Position numbers and translations under genes: made by a program. From positions 76,446,001 to 76,510,000 of the forward strand of contig OZ024747.1 in assembly GCA_964016885.1 (NCBI GenBank): a DNA stretch of 64,000 nt, given 5' to 3'. The notes beneath the pieces are model-generated. The model did no database searches and was not told the DNA's origin. It was given only the letters and a program-made list of their open reading frames with translations. Below, piece by piece: positions 39,336 through 56,240 of this stretch. This DNA comes from Eledone cirrhosa (lineage: Eukaryota). The first letter of the stretch is position 1. Each line of letters starts with the position of its first letter.

Positions 39336-39682
39336 CCACTCTTTCTCTCTCCAGCCCCTCTCTCTCTCTTTCTCTCTCTCACCCTCACTTACACTTTCTT
39401 TCTCCGCCCCTCTCTCTCTTTCTCACTTCGTTCCTTCTCTGGAAGAATCAGCTGAAGTTCAGATCTGGAGAATATTCCAATAACATCATCGGGTGCGAAG
39501 GAGTTGGAAAGAAAGCCTCTATGCGAAAGGAAAGCGAAATACTGGAATTGCAAGATACTGTAATGGCGGAACATGATCATTTAGACAATGGAGTCTTAGA
39601 TAAGACGAGTCAGTCGGGATGCTAAGGATTGAGGACTGGACAATCATGGTTGAGTAGGATTGTACAATCATATTTGAACAAT

Positions 39683-39823
39683 AGCTACTACTACTACTGC
39701 TTCTGCTGCTCGTGCTACACTACTACTACTGCTACTACTACTAATACTACTACTAATATTATTACTGCTGCTGCTACTACTACTACTGCTGCTGCTGCTA
39801 CTGCTACTACTACTACTACTACG

Positions 39824-39855
<32 letters not shown>

Positions 39856-40478
39856 CACCATTACTACACAGCACTACCACTAACCACCACCATCTCCACC
39901 GCTACCAACACCACCACCACCATCATCACCACTACCACCGCCACCACCATCACCAACACCACCACCACCACCTCTACCACCACCACCTCTACCACCACCT
40001 CTACCACTACCACCACCACCACGACCACCAACACCACAACCATCCTACCAACACCTCCACCACCACCACCACCACCAACACCACAACCATCCTACCACCA
40101 CCTCCACCACCACCACCATCCTACCACCACCTCCACCACCACAACCACCACCACCACCACCTCCACCACCTCTACCACCACCTCTACCACTACCACCACC
40201 ACCACCACCACCAACACCACCACCATCCTACCACTACATCCACCACCACCACCTCCACCACCACCACCAACAACAACACCACCACCATCCTACCACAACC
40301 TCCACCACCACCACCACTACCACCACCACCTCTACCACCACCTCTACCACTACCACCACCACATCCACCACCACCACCACCACCATCCTACCACCACCTC
40401 CACCACCACCACCACCTCTACCACCACCACCACCTCCACCAACACCACCAGCACCTCTACCACTACCACCTCCTCCAC

Positions 40479-40509
<31 letters not shown>

Positions 40510-40760
40510 ACCACCACCTCTACCACCACCTCTACCACTACCACCACCACATCCACCACCACCACCACCACCATCCTACCACCACCTCTACCACCACCAC
40601 CACCTCCACCAACACCACCACCACCTCTACCACTACCACCTCCACCACCTCCACCTCCACCACCTCCCCCAACACCTCCACCACCTCCACCTCCACCACC
40701 TCCACCAACTCCACCAACACCACCACCACCTCTACCTCCACCACCTCCACCACCACTACA
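39683..40760. repeat. (CTA)n/(CAC)n trinucleotide low-complexity array
   Basis: Directly visible. Confidence 0.95.
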
Positions 40761-40902
40761 ATGTAGTGTGCAGGTAACAACAGCTTCAAATGTTCATTAT
40801 AATATATGAGAAGGATATCATCGCTAGTGATCCTTCCACCCGACACATTACCCATTTACCATTAGATATCATCAATATAAAACATCCTATATTATCCTAT
40901 AC

Positions 40903-40951
<49 letters not shown>

Positions 40952-41043
40952 ATATATATACACCTCACACTCAAGCGTGAACCTAATACTAACACTTTGT
41001 ACTGCACTCTTCCTTATTGTCTTTGTTTTCTGTTTTAACTTTT

Positions 41044-41078
<35 letters not shown>

Positions 41079-41132
41079 GAGAGTAGGAGAGAAATAAATA
41101 GGTACGTCGTTAGATAGAGAGATATTGAGAGA

Positions 41133-44100
41133 CAGTCACACATGCACACATACATACAGCCAAACATACATACAGCCAGACATACATACAGTCAGACATA
41201 CATACAGCCAAACATACATACAGCCAGACATACATACAGTCAGACATACATACAGCCAGACATACATACAGTCAGACATACATACAGCCAGACATACATA
41301 CAGTCAGACATACATACAGCCAAACATACATACAGCCAGACATACATACAGTCAGACATACATACAGCCAGACATACATACAGTCAGACATACATACAGC
41401 CAGACATACATACAGCCGAACATACATACAGTCAGACATACATACATACAGCCAAACATACATACAGCCAGACATACATACAGTCAGACATACATACAGC
41501 CAAACATACATACAGTCAGACATACATACATACAGCCAAACATACATACAGCCAGACATACATACAGTCAGACATACATACAGCCAGACATACATACAGT
41601 CAGACATACATACAGCCAGACATACATACAGTCAGACATACATACAGCGAAACATACATACAGTCAGACATACATACAGTCAGACATACATAGAGTCAGA
41701 CATACATACATACAGCCAAACATACATACAGTCAGACATACATACAGTCAGACATACATACAGTCAGACATACATACATGCAGTCAGACATACATACAGC
41801 CAAACATACATACAGTCAGACATACATACAGTCACACATACATACAGTCAGACATACATACATACAGCCAAACATACATACAGTCAGACATACATACAGT
41901 CAGACATACATACATGCAGTCAGACATACATACAGTCAGACATACATACAGTCAGACATACATACAGTCAGACATACATACAGTCAGACATACATACAGC
42001 CAAACATACATACAGTCAGACATACATACAGTCAGACATACATACATGCAGTCAGACATACATACAGTCAGACATACATACAGTCAGACATACATACAGT
42101 CAGACATACATACAGTCAGACATACATACAGCCAAACATACATACAGTCAGACATACATACAGTCAGACATACATACAGTCAGACATACATACAGCCAAA
42201 CATACATACAGTCAGACATACATACAGTCAGACATACATACAGCCAAACATACATACAGTCAGACATACATACAGTCAGACATACATACATACAGCCAAA
42301 CATACATACAGTCTGACATACATACAGTCAGACATACATACAGTCAGACATACATACATGCAGTCAGACATACATACAGTCAGACATACATACAGTCACA
42401 CATACATACAGTCAGACATACATACAGTCAGACATACATACAGCCAAACATACATACAGTCAGACATACATACAGTCAGACATACATACAGCCAAACATA
42501 CATACAGTCAGACATACATACAGTCAGACATACATACATACAGCCAAACATACATACAGTCAGACATACATACAGTCAGACATACATACAGTCAGACATA
42601 CATACATGCAGTCAGACATACATACAGCCAAACATACATACAGTCAGACATACATACAGTCACACATACATACAGTCAGACATACATACAGTCAGACATA
42701 CATACATGCAGTCAGACATACATACAGTCAGACATACATACAGTCAGACATACATACAGTCAGACATACATACATGCAGTCAGACATACATACAGCCAAA
42801 CATACATACAGTCAGACATACATACAGCCAAACATACATACAGCCAAACATACATACAGTCAGACATACATACAGTCAGACATACATACATACAGCCAAA
42901 CATACATATAGTCAGACATACATACAGTCAGACATACATACAGTCACACATACATACAGTCACACATACATACAGTCAGACATACATACAGTCAGACATA
43001 CATACAGTCAGACATACATACAGTCAGACATACATACAGTCAGACATACATATATACAGCCAAACATACATACAGTCAGACATACATACAGCCAAACATA
43101 CATACAGTCAGACATACATACAGTCAGACATACATACAGTCAGACATACATACATGCAGTCAGACATACATACAGTCAGACATACATACAGCCAAACATA
43201 CATACAGTCAGACATACATACAGTCAGACATACATACAGTCAGACATACATACATGCAGTCAGACATACATACAGTCAGACATACATACAGCCAAACATA
43301 CATACAGTCAGACATACATACAGTCAGACATACATACAGTCAGACATACATACATGCAGTCAGACATACATACAGCCAAACATACATACAGTCAGACATA
43401 CATACAGTCACACATACATACAGTCAGACATACATACAGTCAGACATACATACAGCCAAACATACATACAGTCAGACATACATACAGCCAAACATACATA
43501 CAGTCAGACATACATACAGTCAGACATACATACAGTCAGACATACATACAGTCACACATACATACAGTCACACATACATACAGTCAGACATACATACAGC
43601 GAAACATACATACAGTCAGACATACATACAGTCAGACATACATACAGTCAGACATACATACATACAGCCAAACATACATACAGTCAGACATACATACAGC
43701 CAAACATACATACAGTCAGACATACATACAGCCAAACATACATACAGTCAGACATACATACAGTCAGACATACATACAGTCAGACATACATACATACAGC
43801 CAAACATACATACAGTCAGACATACATACAGTCAGACATACATACAGTCAGACATACATACATGCAGTCAGACATACATACAGCCAAACATACATACAGT
43901 CAGACATACATACAGTCAGACATACATACATACAGTCACACATACATACAGTCAGACATACATACAGTCAGACATACATACAGTTAGACATACATACAGT
44001 CAGACATACATAGAGTCAAACATACATACAGTCAGACATACATACAGCCAAACATACATACAGTCAGACATACATACAGTCAGACATACATACAGCCAAA

Positions 44101-47100
44101 CATACATACAGTCAGACATACATACAGTCAGACATACATACATACAGCCAAACATACATACAGTCAGACATACATACAGTCAGACATACATACAGTCAGA
44201 CATACATACATGCAGTCAGACATACATACAGCCAAACATACATACAGTCAGACATACATACAGTCAGACATACATACATACAGCCAAACATACATACAGT
44301 CAGACATACATACAGTCAGACATACATACAGTCAGACATACATACATGCAGTCAGACATACATACAGTCAAACATACATAGAGTCAGACATACATACAGT
44401 CAGACATACATACATACAGTCACACATACATACAGTCAGACATACATACAGTCAGACATACATACAGTTAGACATACATACAGTCAGACATACATACAGT
44501 CAGACATACATGCAGTCAGACATACAGTCAGACATACATACAGTCAGACATACATAGAGTCAAACATACATACAGTCAGACATACATACAGTCAGACATA
44601 CATACATGCAGTCAGATATACAGTCAGACATACATACAGTCAGACATACATACAGTCACACATACATACAGTCAGACATACATACAGTCAGACATACATG
44701 CAGCCGGACATACATACAGTCAGACATACATACAGTTAGACATACATACAGTCAGACATACATAGAGTCAAACATACATACAGTCAGACATACATACAGT
44801 CAGACATACATACAGTCAGACATACATAGAGTCAAACATACATACAGTCAGACATACATACAGTCAGACATACATACATACAGTCAAACATACATACAGT
44901 CAAACATACATACAGTCAAACATACATACAGTCAGACATACATACAGTCAGACATATATACATACAGTCAGACATACATACAGTCAAACATACATACAGT
45001 CAGACATACATACAGACAGACATACATACACTCAGACATACATACAGTCAGACATACATACATACATACATTCAGTCAGACATACATACAGTCAGACATA
45101 CATACAGTGAGACATACATACAGCCAGACATACATACAGTCAGACATACATACAGCCAGACATACATACAGTCAGACATACATACATACAGCCAAACATA
45201 CATACAGTCAGACATACATACAGTCAGACATACATACAGTCTGACATACATACAGTCAGACATACATACATACAGTCAGACATACATACAGTCAGACATA
45301 CATACATACAGTCAGACATACATACAGCCAGACATACATACAGTCAGACATACATACAGCCAGACATACATACATACAGCCAAACATACATACAGTCAGA
45401 CATACATACAGTCAGACATACATACATACAGTCAGACATACATACAGTCAGACATACATACATACAGCCAAACATACATACAGTCAGACATACATACAGT
45501 CAGACATACATACAGCCAAACATACATACAGCCAGACATACATACATACAGCCAAACATACATACAGTCAGACATACATACAGTCAGACATACATACATA
45601 CAGTCAGACATACATACAGTCAGACATACATACATACAGCCAAACATACATACAGTCAGACATACATACAGTCAGACATACATACATACAGTCAGACATA
45701 CATACAGTCAGACATACATACATACAGTCAGACATACATACAGCCAGACATACATACATCAGACATACATACAGCCAAACATACATACAGTCAGACATAC
45801 ATACATACAGTCAGACATACATACAGTCAGACCTACATACATACAGCCAAACATACATACAGTCAGACATACATACAGTCAGACATACATACAGTCAGAC
45901 ATACATACATACAGCCAAACATACATACAGTCAGACATACATACAGTCAGACATACATACAGTCAGACATACATACATTCAGACATACATACAGTCAGAC
46001 ATACATACATGCAGTCAGACATACATACAGCCAAACATACATACAGTCAGACATACATACAGCCAGACATACATACAGTCAGACATACATACAGCCAAAC
46101 ATACATACAGTCAGACATACATACAGTCACACATACATACAGCCAAACATACATACAGTCAGACATACATACAGCCAGACATACATACAGTCAGACATAC
46201 ATACAGTCAGACATACATACAGTCAGACATACATACAGTCACACATACATACAGTCAGACATACATACAGTCAGACATACATACAGCCAAACATACATAC
46301 AGTCAGACATACATACAGTCAGACATACATACAGTCAGACATACATACATACAGCCAAACATACATACAGTCAGACATACATACAGTCAGACATACATAC
46401 AGTCAGACATACATACATGCAGTCAGACATACATACAGTCAGACATACATACAGCCAAACATACATACAGTCAGACATACATACAGTCAGACATACATAC
46501 AGCCAAACATACATACAGTCAGACATACATACAGCCAGACATACATACAGTCAGACATACATACAGTCAGACATACATACATACAGCCAAACATACATAC
46601 AGCCAGACATACATACAGTCAGACATACATACAGCCAAACATACATACATACAGCCAAACATACATACAGCCAGACATACATACAGTCAGACATACATAC
46701 AGTCAGACATACATACATACAGTCAGACATACATACAGTCAGACATACATACAGTCAGACATACATACATACAGTCACACATACATACAGTCAGACATAC
46801 ATACAGTCAGACATACATACAGTTAGACATACATACAGTCAGACATACATAGAGTCAAACATACATACAGTCAGACATACATACAGTCAGACATACATAC
46901 GGTCAGACATACATAGAGTCAAACATACATACAGTCAGACATACATACAGTCAGACATACATACATACAGTCAAACATACATACAGTCAGACATACATGC
47001 AGTCAGACATACATACAGTCAGACATACATACAGTCAGACATACATACAGTCAGACATACATACAGTTAGACATACATACAGTCAGACATACATAGAGTC

Positions 47101-48345
47101 AAACATACATACAGTCAGACATACATACAGTCAGACATACATACGGTCAGACATACATACAGTCAGACATACATACAAACAGTCAAACATACATACAGTC
47201 AGACATACATACAGTCAAACATACATACAGTCAAACATACATACAGTCAGACATACATACAGTCAGACATATATACATACAGTCAGACATACATACAGTC
47301 AAACATACATACAGTCAGACATACATACAGACAGACATACATACACGCAGACATACATACAGTCAGACATACATACATACATACATTCAGTCAGACATAC
47401 ATACAGTCAGACATACATACAGTCAGACATACATACAGTCAAACATACATACAGTCAGACATACATACAGTCACACATACATACAGTCAGACATACATAC
47501 AGTCAGACATATATATAGTCACACATACATACAGTCAGACATACATACAATCACACATACATACAGTCAGACATACATACAGTCAGACATACATACAGTC
47601 AGACATACATACAGTCACACATACATACAGTCAGACATACATACAGTCAGACATACATACAGTCACACATACATACAGTCAGACATACATACAGTCAGAC
47701 ATACATACAGTCAGACATACATACAGTCACACATACATACAGTCAGACATACATACAGTCAGACATACATATAATCACACATACATATAGTCACACGTAC
47801 ATACAGTCACACATACATACAGTCAGACATACATACAGTCAGACATACATACAGTTAGACATACATACAGTCAGACATACATAGAGTCAAACATACATAC
47901 AGTCAGACATACATACAGTCAGACATACATACAGTCAGACATACATACAGTCACACATACATACAGTCAGACATACATACAGTTAGACATACATACAGTC
48001 AGACATACATACAGTTAGACATACATACAGTCAGACATACATACATACATACATACATTCAGTCAGACATACATACAGCCAAACATACATACAGTCAGAC
48101 ATACATACATACATACATACATTCAGTCAGACATGCATACAGTCAGACATACATACAGTCACACATACATACATACATACATACATACATACATACATAC
48201 ATACAGTCAGACATACATACAGTAAGACATACATACAGTCAGACATACATACAGTAAGACATACATACATACATACATACATACATACATACATACATAC
48301 ATACATACATACATACATACATACATACATACATACAGTCAGACA
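41133..48345. repeat. 7.2-kb satellite of the 16-bp unit CAGTCAGACATACATA
   Basis: Tandem 16-mers with variants CAGCCAAA, CAGTCACA, GAGTCAAA and extra CATA blocks; ends in pure (CATA)n. Confidence 0.98.
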
Positions 48346-48407
48346 GTCAGTAAGACAGACTGATAACCAAACAGAATCAGACCATTATTATATATTATAT
48401 ATATATA

Positions 48408-48600
48408 AGGCGGTGGATTGGCAGTATCGGTAGAGGGTCGGACGCCATGCTTTGACGTATAGATTTACGGCTCTTGCCATTCTGAGTTCAAATCCCGCCG
48501 TGGTTAACTTTGCCTTTCATCCTTACGGGGTCGATAAAATAAATTACCAGTAATACACTGGGTAATTGCTGGCCTTGTGCCAATAGTAGAAACAATTATT
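48408..48600 (+). mobile_element. full-length SINE-A with TSD
   Basis: A/B boxes, core CTTTCATCCTTACGGGGTCGATAAAATAAA(G/T)TACCAG and tail GTAGAAACAATTATT; flanked by duplicated ATTATTATATATTATATA. Confidence 0.93.
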
Positions 48601-49069
48601 ATATATTATATATTAGTATCTGAGTAAGATAAACCGTTAGCTTCGTTTCGTTAAATATTCAAAGTCATATTACATGCTGTTGTCTTAAATAATTACCATT
48701 GCTATTTCATTAGTTTAAGTAATCAGAGATTGCCTGCTTAGAAGGGCTTGGCGTGTCAAGGAAGCTGCAACACAACCATATCATATCGCCATTTTCAGGC
48801 AGGGAATAAAATGACAGACTGATGCAAGTACTTCAATTTTAAATCACGGAAGAATGGATGTTCCATCAAATATGACCTGAGTTAAGTAAATTGGAGAGGA
48901 AAGATTGAAAATTGACAAAGGATTGGGGGCAAGTGATCGATATGGAGGGGAAATGGATGTGTAGGAGGGGGTCGATGAGCTGAGTCAATAAACTACTTGT
49001 AAAAGAATATGCCTATGGTGATGATGGGGAGGGGGAGGGGGGATGTTAATGATAGTTATGACAATGTCA

Positions 49070-49127
49070 CTGGTGGTGATTGCGGTGTAGGTGGTGGTGT
49101 TGGTGGTGGAGATAGTGGTGCTGGTGG

Positions 49128-49158
<31 letters not shown>

Positions 49159-49196
49159 GTTGCTGGTGAAGATAGTGGTGCTGGTGGTGCTGGTGG

Positions 49197-49227
<31 letters not shown>

Positions 49228-49267
49228 GTTGCTGGTGAAGATAGTGGTGCTGGTGGTGATGGTGGTG

Positions 49268-49299
<32 letters not shown>

Positions 49300-49785
49300 G
49301 GTGTTGCTGGTGGAGATAGTGGTGCTGGTGGTGGAGATAGTGGTGCTGGTGGTAGTGTTGGTGGTGGTGGAGATAATGGCGCTGGTAATGACGATGGTGT
49401 TCTTGATAGCAATAACAACAACGATGGCAATGTAAAGGTTGATGATAATGAGAACTATGATTTTGATGACGATGTGAAAGATGATGATGATGATGGTGAT
49501 TAGGAGGAGGGGGGAGAAGGATGGCGATGATGATGATGATGATGATGATACTGATGATGATGATGGTGGTGATGATTTTGAAGATGGTAACGTTCAATAA
49601 CGACGATAATGATGTTAAGTAGGAGGCGGGGGGAGAAGGGGGAGAAGAGGAGGAGATGAGAGGGGGGAAGGAGGAGATGGGGAGAGGAGAGGGAGGTGAG
49701 GAGGAGGAGGAGGAGGAGGCGAAGGAGGGGGGAGGATGAGGAGAAGGAGGATGAGGAGGAGGAGGAGGAGGAGGAGGAGGAGGAT
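49070..49785. repeat. (GGT)n/(GAT)n/(GAG)n low-complexity array
   Basis: Directly visible, with internal ~50-60-bp duplications. Confidence 0.92.
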
Positions 49786-50076
49786 AAACTCTAATGAAGG
49801 ATTATAATGATGAAATTGTGATACTGTGGGTTAAGGTGAGAGATTTATCGCTAGAACAGTTTCATACATATCCATACAATGTTTCAACTTTACAATTTGA
49901 ATTCTAATTGGGATCCACTCTCTCCATCCTCTCTTGAGAGACAATGCAACAAATTGAATGTTACAACCATATATTTCTTTAATAAATCTTTCAGTAAACG
50001 GGGTTTTGTTTCCCTACCTTCAATCTATGTTGAATAAGTAGATCACGTGATTTTGATCAGTGAAACCAACCGGTTC

Positions 50077-50345
50077 AAATTGATGACACCCTATACTATA
50101 CTAATACGCTAACTTCAGTGTTACCATAACCCCATATTATATAAAATTAATGACACCCTATACTATACTAATACGCTAACTTCAGTGCTACCATAACCCC
50201 ATATTATATAAAATTGATGACACCCTATACTATACTAATACGCTAACTTCAATGTTACCATAACCCCATATTATATAAAATTGATGACACCCTACACTAT
50301 ACTAATGCTCAGACTTCAATAATCCCCTATCTACATATTATATGG
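50077..50345. repeat. 67-bp minisatellite (~4 copies)
   Basis: TGACACCCTATACTATACTAATACGCTAACTTCAG... recurs every 67 bp. Confidence 0.95.
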
Positions 50346-50744
50346 AAGTCCCAATGGTATTGTTCTATTCTCAGGCTGAATCATCCTGGAAATAAAGTCA
50401 ATAGCTGTAAAAGAATTGGAAATATTTGAGCATCTTTGCGAGGCCTCTGTACACTCCTCTCATATTGAATAGATTCAGACAATTCCAGCATCTGCCTAGA
50501 ATAATATTGCAGTTTTCAACTACCAACAGAAAGTCGAATATTCCCAAGGAAACTTCTAGATATGTTTCTAATCTGGTCGCCTTGACGTGTTACCTGCTGA
50601 TGGCGGTTATTTCTAGCATCATACCTTGATATCAAGACATTTTCGAAAATATATTGCCACAGTACCAATCAATTGGTGCTGATAACAATTGTTGTATACC
50701 TTGAAGTGGTTAAAGTTAGGTGTGTGTGCGTGCGTTCGGAATAT

Positions 50745-50790
50745 CTTGTCTGAAGAGCTGAGTTGTTGAGCGAAACATTTAGCTTAAATC
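50745..50790 (+). ncRNA. degenerate hammerhead-like core
   Basis: CTGAAGA GCT gagttgttg AGC GAAAC; stems I and III are not convincing. Confidence 0.3.
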
Positions 50791-51206
50791 AGAGGCCATA
50801 AACATTTATACATATTACTCTGAGAACGTCCGTGCTAGTCTGAGAAAGGAAAACGGAAGGTGAATTATCTTCGTCCGAGGGGTGGATGAATAATCAGATT
50901 TGCTCAGCGAGGTGGGGTCAGAACTCTAAAGCCCCTACGAAAGTTTTTCATCTACAATATTGCAGAATATTCTGAAGTCACAGAAAACATTAAGAGATTT
51001 AGCATATGTATATTGAGGTAATTTTAATTTTTTTTATACAAAACCGCCTGAAATGCCCCTGCTACAAAGCTGTCTATTTTGAAATGCTTATGTTTATCTA
51101 AAAATATTCCATCACATATAGTGTCTTTCCATAGAGATATGGGAGAAGAGGGCTAATTCACTTATGTGTAAGGTTCCTCACATATGTATGCGAGGAGACT
51201 ACTGAC

Positions 51207-51400
51207 ATAATTGTTTCTATTTTGGGCACAAGGCCAGCAATTATCCCAGTGCATTACTGGTACTTTATTTTATCGACCCCGTAAGGATGAAAGGCAAAGT
51301 TAACCTAGGCGGGATTTGAACTCAGAATGGCAAGGGCCGTAACTCTATGCATCAAAGCATGGCGTCCAACCCTCTACCGATACTGCCAATTCACCGCCCT
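51207..51400 (-). mobile_element. full-length SINE-A with TSD
   Basis: Reverse complement of the consensus; flanks ACTACTGACATAAT / ACTATTGACATAAT. Confidence 0.93.
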
Positions 51401-51814
51401 ACAAACTATTGACATAATGTAAGGGCAACAGAGCCCTTTATGTCCGACTTAGTAGATGAGGTCTATGAGTTAAATTTCCTTAGCGAATGTCAGATCTAAC
51501 GTTTCTAACTCTTTCCCCTCAACTAAAAGTAATGACGATAGAGAAAGTGGTCGCAATTGCGCTGTCAGATAGCAAATATAGCTTCCTACCATAATACTCG
51601 ACCTGATAGAAGTAAACCAAATTATTTCCTCTTCAATTCACAGATTTACATTTTCTTACTATAATGATGTATTAGATAACATGATTCTAGCATCATTATA
51701 AAAAATATATCAGAATGATGACAGCTGCAATGATGTTATTGTAGATTTTCTCATTCAAATCTGATGTAATATCATGACTATATGACTATGCAATACAATC
51801 ATTAAATTTCTCAA

Positions 51815-52006
51815 AGGGCGGTGGATTGGCGGTATCAGTAGAGGGTCGGACGCCATGCTTTCCAGCAGAGTTACGTCCCTTTACGATCTGAGTTCAAATC
51901 CCGCTGAGGTTGACTTTGCCTTTCATCCTTACGGGGTCGATAAAATAAAGTACCAGTAATGCACTGGGTAATTGCTGGTCTTGTGCCTAAAGTAGAAACA
52001 ATTATT
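51815..52006 (+). mobile_element. full-length SINE-A
   Basis: Matches the family consensus end to end. Confidence 0.93.
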
Positions 52007-52475
52007 GTGTAATCCTCCTACATAAATATAAACCATTTTGTTACAGATTTAAGCGGCCATACTTGTATAGTGACTCCAGGTTCATTTAATCGTTCATAAT
52101 GAACACAGTCTGATGTTTGGTTTATCGACTAGCATTTACTAAATGGTAGAGTAACTTTTAGAATAGACACAACTCAACATTCAGTTTTAATCACTCTCGT
52201 TCCCGATATGAGTTTCACCTGTTTATCAAGGGGTCATCACAAACCTTAATAAAATGATTATATGTATATAGGTGTTTAAAATATAATTGTATTTAAAATG
52301 TTCAAACATTTAACGAATGATTGCTCGGTATGTATAAGTAGAGAGTAAACTTGGTGGCTTCATCCCTCCCCCTCTCTCTCTCTCTCTCACACACACACAC
52401 TCAATCTCTCTCTCGATATATATATTTATATATATAAATATCACACAGACAAATACACACACACTCACTCTCTCC

Positions 52476-52564
<89 letters not shown>

Positions 52565-52568
52565 TAAT

Positions 52569-53276
<708 letters not shown>

Positions 53277-54684
53277 TCACACACACACACACACTGACGG
53301 TTCAAAATCGAGATTGTCGCGGTAATATGAAACTAATGTGTTCCCACCTACCCTGGGAATAAGTCGATGTAATATATACACGCCTCGGTTTAAAGTTAAG
53401 TGATTTTACAAACATAAACTAAAAAACTCCAGTAATATTCTGAGGTCAATTCAATCAATTACTTCCATTCATAACGACATTTGCATCTAATATTGATTTG
53501 TAGTCTAGAAATCAATACTAGCTCAGAAAAATATTCTAAAAATTGATAAAAGAATTGAAAATATAAAACACTTCAAATCATTTCAACAAGGACAGATTCA
53601 GTGTTTCGAAACAAGGCGAATCAACCGATTCGAAAATTGGTTGAATGCAAGTACAGTTATTACAAGTTGGTTGTCGACATGCTTCACTGTGTATAATTCA
53701 CTTCATCGAAATCCACGTTATCCATCTCAACAAGAAAGGCAAAAATGAACGGCAGGTGATGAGTATAAAAACATAAAAATGTTACGGTTGGTTGACAGCA
53801 CAATTCTTCGACACAGTGAAAGTTGAATGAGAACTTTGATCGATAAACTGAGAAAAACCGGGTTTCAGTTATCATTAAATCTTCTTGGCAAGTATCTAAC
53901 GAAAAAAATATCGAAAGTAACTAATTAAAACACGCTAAAAAATAATATTGTACGATCTATAGATAGACACGAACCAATATCTTACAGATATAACCTGGAT
54001 ATTTGATATCATGGAGGTTACTTAAATGACGGAAAAACACGGTTGCGAGGCTAAATAGCTTTCAATACTTACGTATATTATATATGCTAAATTCCAAAAA
54101 TTCCGTCAAATTGATTATATGAATACTAGTAATATACTGATAGTTCCAAACAGCCATAGAACACCAGTGTCACACTTCCAGTTCTCCAGTACTGAAGCAA
54201 TACTTATCTACATTCAAAATAAATCAATATTTCTGTGTTTAGCATTGATTTACTCATCCCATTGAGAAAACAGTTCTGGTTTATGAATACGAGGCTTCCA
54301 TATTTGACTATTTAAAAGCAGCAACATATAACATTTGGAAAGGTATCCCGAATTCCAGCATCCGCTTCTAGATACTTCCCTAAAATATTTTATTCTTAGA
54401 TATGATCATTATATCCATTAGTCTAGCCTGCCCTAAAATAGAGAAGGAACGCGAAGAATAATTCACGTTAGTATTCTTTCTATATCATGTAAAATTATAT
54501 CCCAAAACAGATGTGTGTTTAGAAGAGAGAAATCAAGTGCGGTATATTGAGCAAAAGGGAGTTAAAATCGATCACAAAATCGATGTTTGAACATCGTGGT
54601 TATGAATTATATCGGGAAAAGCATGAAAGGTACAAACACCTACGATTCCTACTCACTCTCTCTACCTATTTCACTGTTTATTGC

Positions 54685-54773
<89 letters not shown>

Positions 54774-55219
54774 TATATATATATAAATGATCTCTGAATA
54801 TATATACATATGTATATATATATGCATGATCTATGAATATATATACGTATTCATATATATATATATAAATATATGTGCATGATCTATGAATATATATATA
54901 CGTATTCATATATATATATCGAACATCATATGTATATGAGAAAATATTATTGTAAATCTCAAATGTTCTGATTTCTTTTCCCTCCTCTTCACCAGATTCC
55001 TAGTCGTCAGTATTTGATGTAAAATAGTTTCAAAAATCTCAAAAGTCGCTCAACTGTGAGTTATTAACGACGGATAGAAAATATATATTTTCTTGGCAAT
55101 GTTCTTTGAATGTTTTTAACCGCAATACATCAGTGAGTATTCCGAGGTAAATTACTGGCTTGATGCAAAATAACGCTGCCTTTGATACTACAGAGATTGT
55201 TTAGTATCGATACTGTTTG

Positions 55220-55947
55220 CGGTGGTGTTGGTGGTGGTGGTGGCTGGTTTGTGAAGGTTGTGGTAGTGGTAGTGGTGCTGGTGGTGGTAGTGGTGGTTGG
55301 TTGGTTGGTTGGTTGGTTTTGGTGGTGGTGGTGGTGGTGGCTGGTTGGTTGGTGGTGGTGGTGATGGTGGTTGGTTGGAGATGGTGGTGGTGGTAGTGGT
55401 CGTTGGTTGGTGGTGATAGTGATGGTGGTGATGGTGGTGATGGTTGGTTGGTTGGTGGTGGTGGTGGTGGTGGTTGGTGGTGGTCGTGGTGGTGATGATG
55501 GTGGTGGTGGTTGGTTGGTTGGTGGTGGTGGAGGTGGTGGTGATGGTAGTTGGTTGGTGATGGTGATGGTGGTGTTGGTGGTGGTAGTGGTGGTGGTGAT
55601 GATGGTGGTGGTGATGGTGGTGGTGGTGGTGGTGGTTGTTTGTTGGTCGTGGTGGGGGTGATGGTGGTGGTGGTCGTCTTGGTTGGTTGGTTGGTGGAGG
55701 TGGTGGTGGGGGTCGTGGTTGGTTGGTGGTGTTGGTGGTGGTGGTGGTGATGGTAGTGGTGGTTGGTTGGTGGTGGTCGTGATGGTGGTGGCGGTGATGG
55801 TGGTGATGGTGGTGGCGGTGGTGATGCTTCTGCTAATGGTGTTATTGGTTGTTATGCTGCGGTTATTGGTTTTCTTGGTGGTACTATTAATGGCAGTTGT
55901 GGTGGTGCTTCTAGTGGTGTGTGTTATGGCAGTTAGTCATGTAGTAA

Positions 55948-56016
<69 letters not shown>

Positions 56017-56038
56017 CAGTAGTAGTAGCAGCAGCAGC

Positions 56039-56093
<55 letters not shown>

Positions 56094-56130
56094 ATGGTGG
56101 TGGTGGTGGTGGTTGTCGTTGTTGTCGTAA
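55220..56130. repeat. (GGT)n/(TGGT)n/(GTA)n array
   Basis: Directly visible. Confidence 0.95.
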
Positions 56131-56240
56131 TGAGATAAATCGAAATATTTTCTAAATTCTGATAACTTCTTTTCTATTGAATTATCCGACGGTCGTTTCC
56201 CTATATTCTTTACCTGACATGCAATACAACTGTGAATAGA

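Noticed and set aside
39420-39625. Non-repetitive tail of the ORF at 39176-39625 as a possible host exon
   Set aside because: No recognisable motif or clear splice sites; cannot be supported without a database search.
41125-47518. Very long ORFs (up to 962 aa) of HTYSQTYIQSDI repeats
   Set aside because: They are translations of a 16-bp satellite that lacks stops in all three plus frames; there is no sign of coding constraint.
48408-48500. SINE heads as tRNA genes
   Set aside because: They have A/B boxes but no cloverleaf and are fused to a SINE core and tail.
49009-49503. Gly-rich 164-aa ORF with ATG
   Set aside because: Lies wholly in a (GGT/GAT)n array; no domain or splice evidence.
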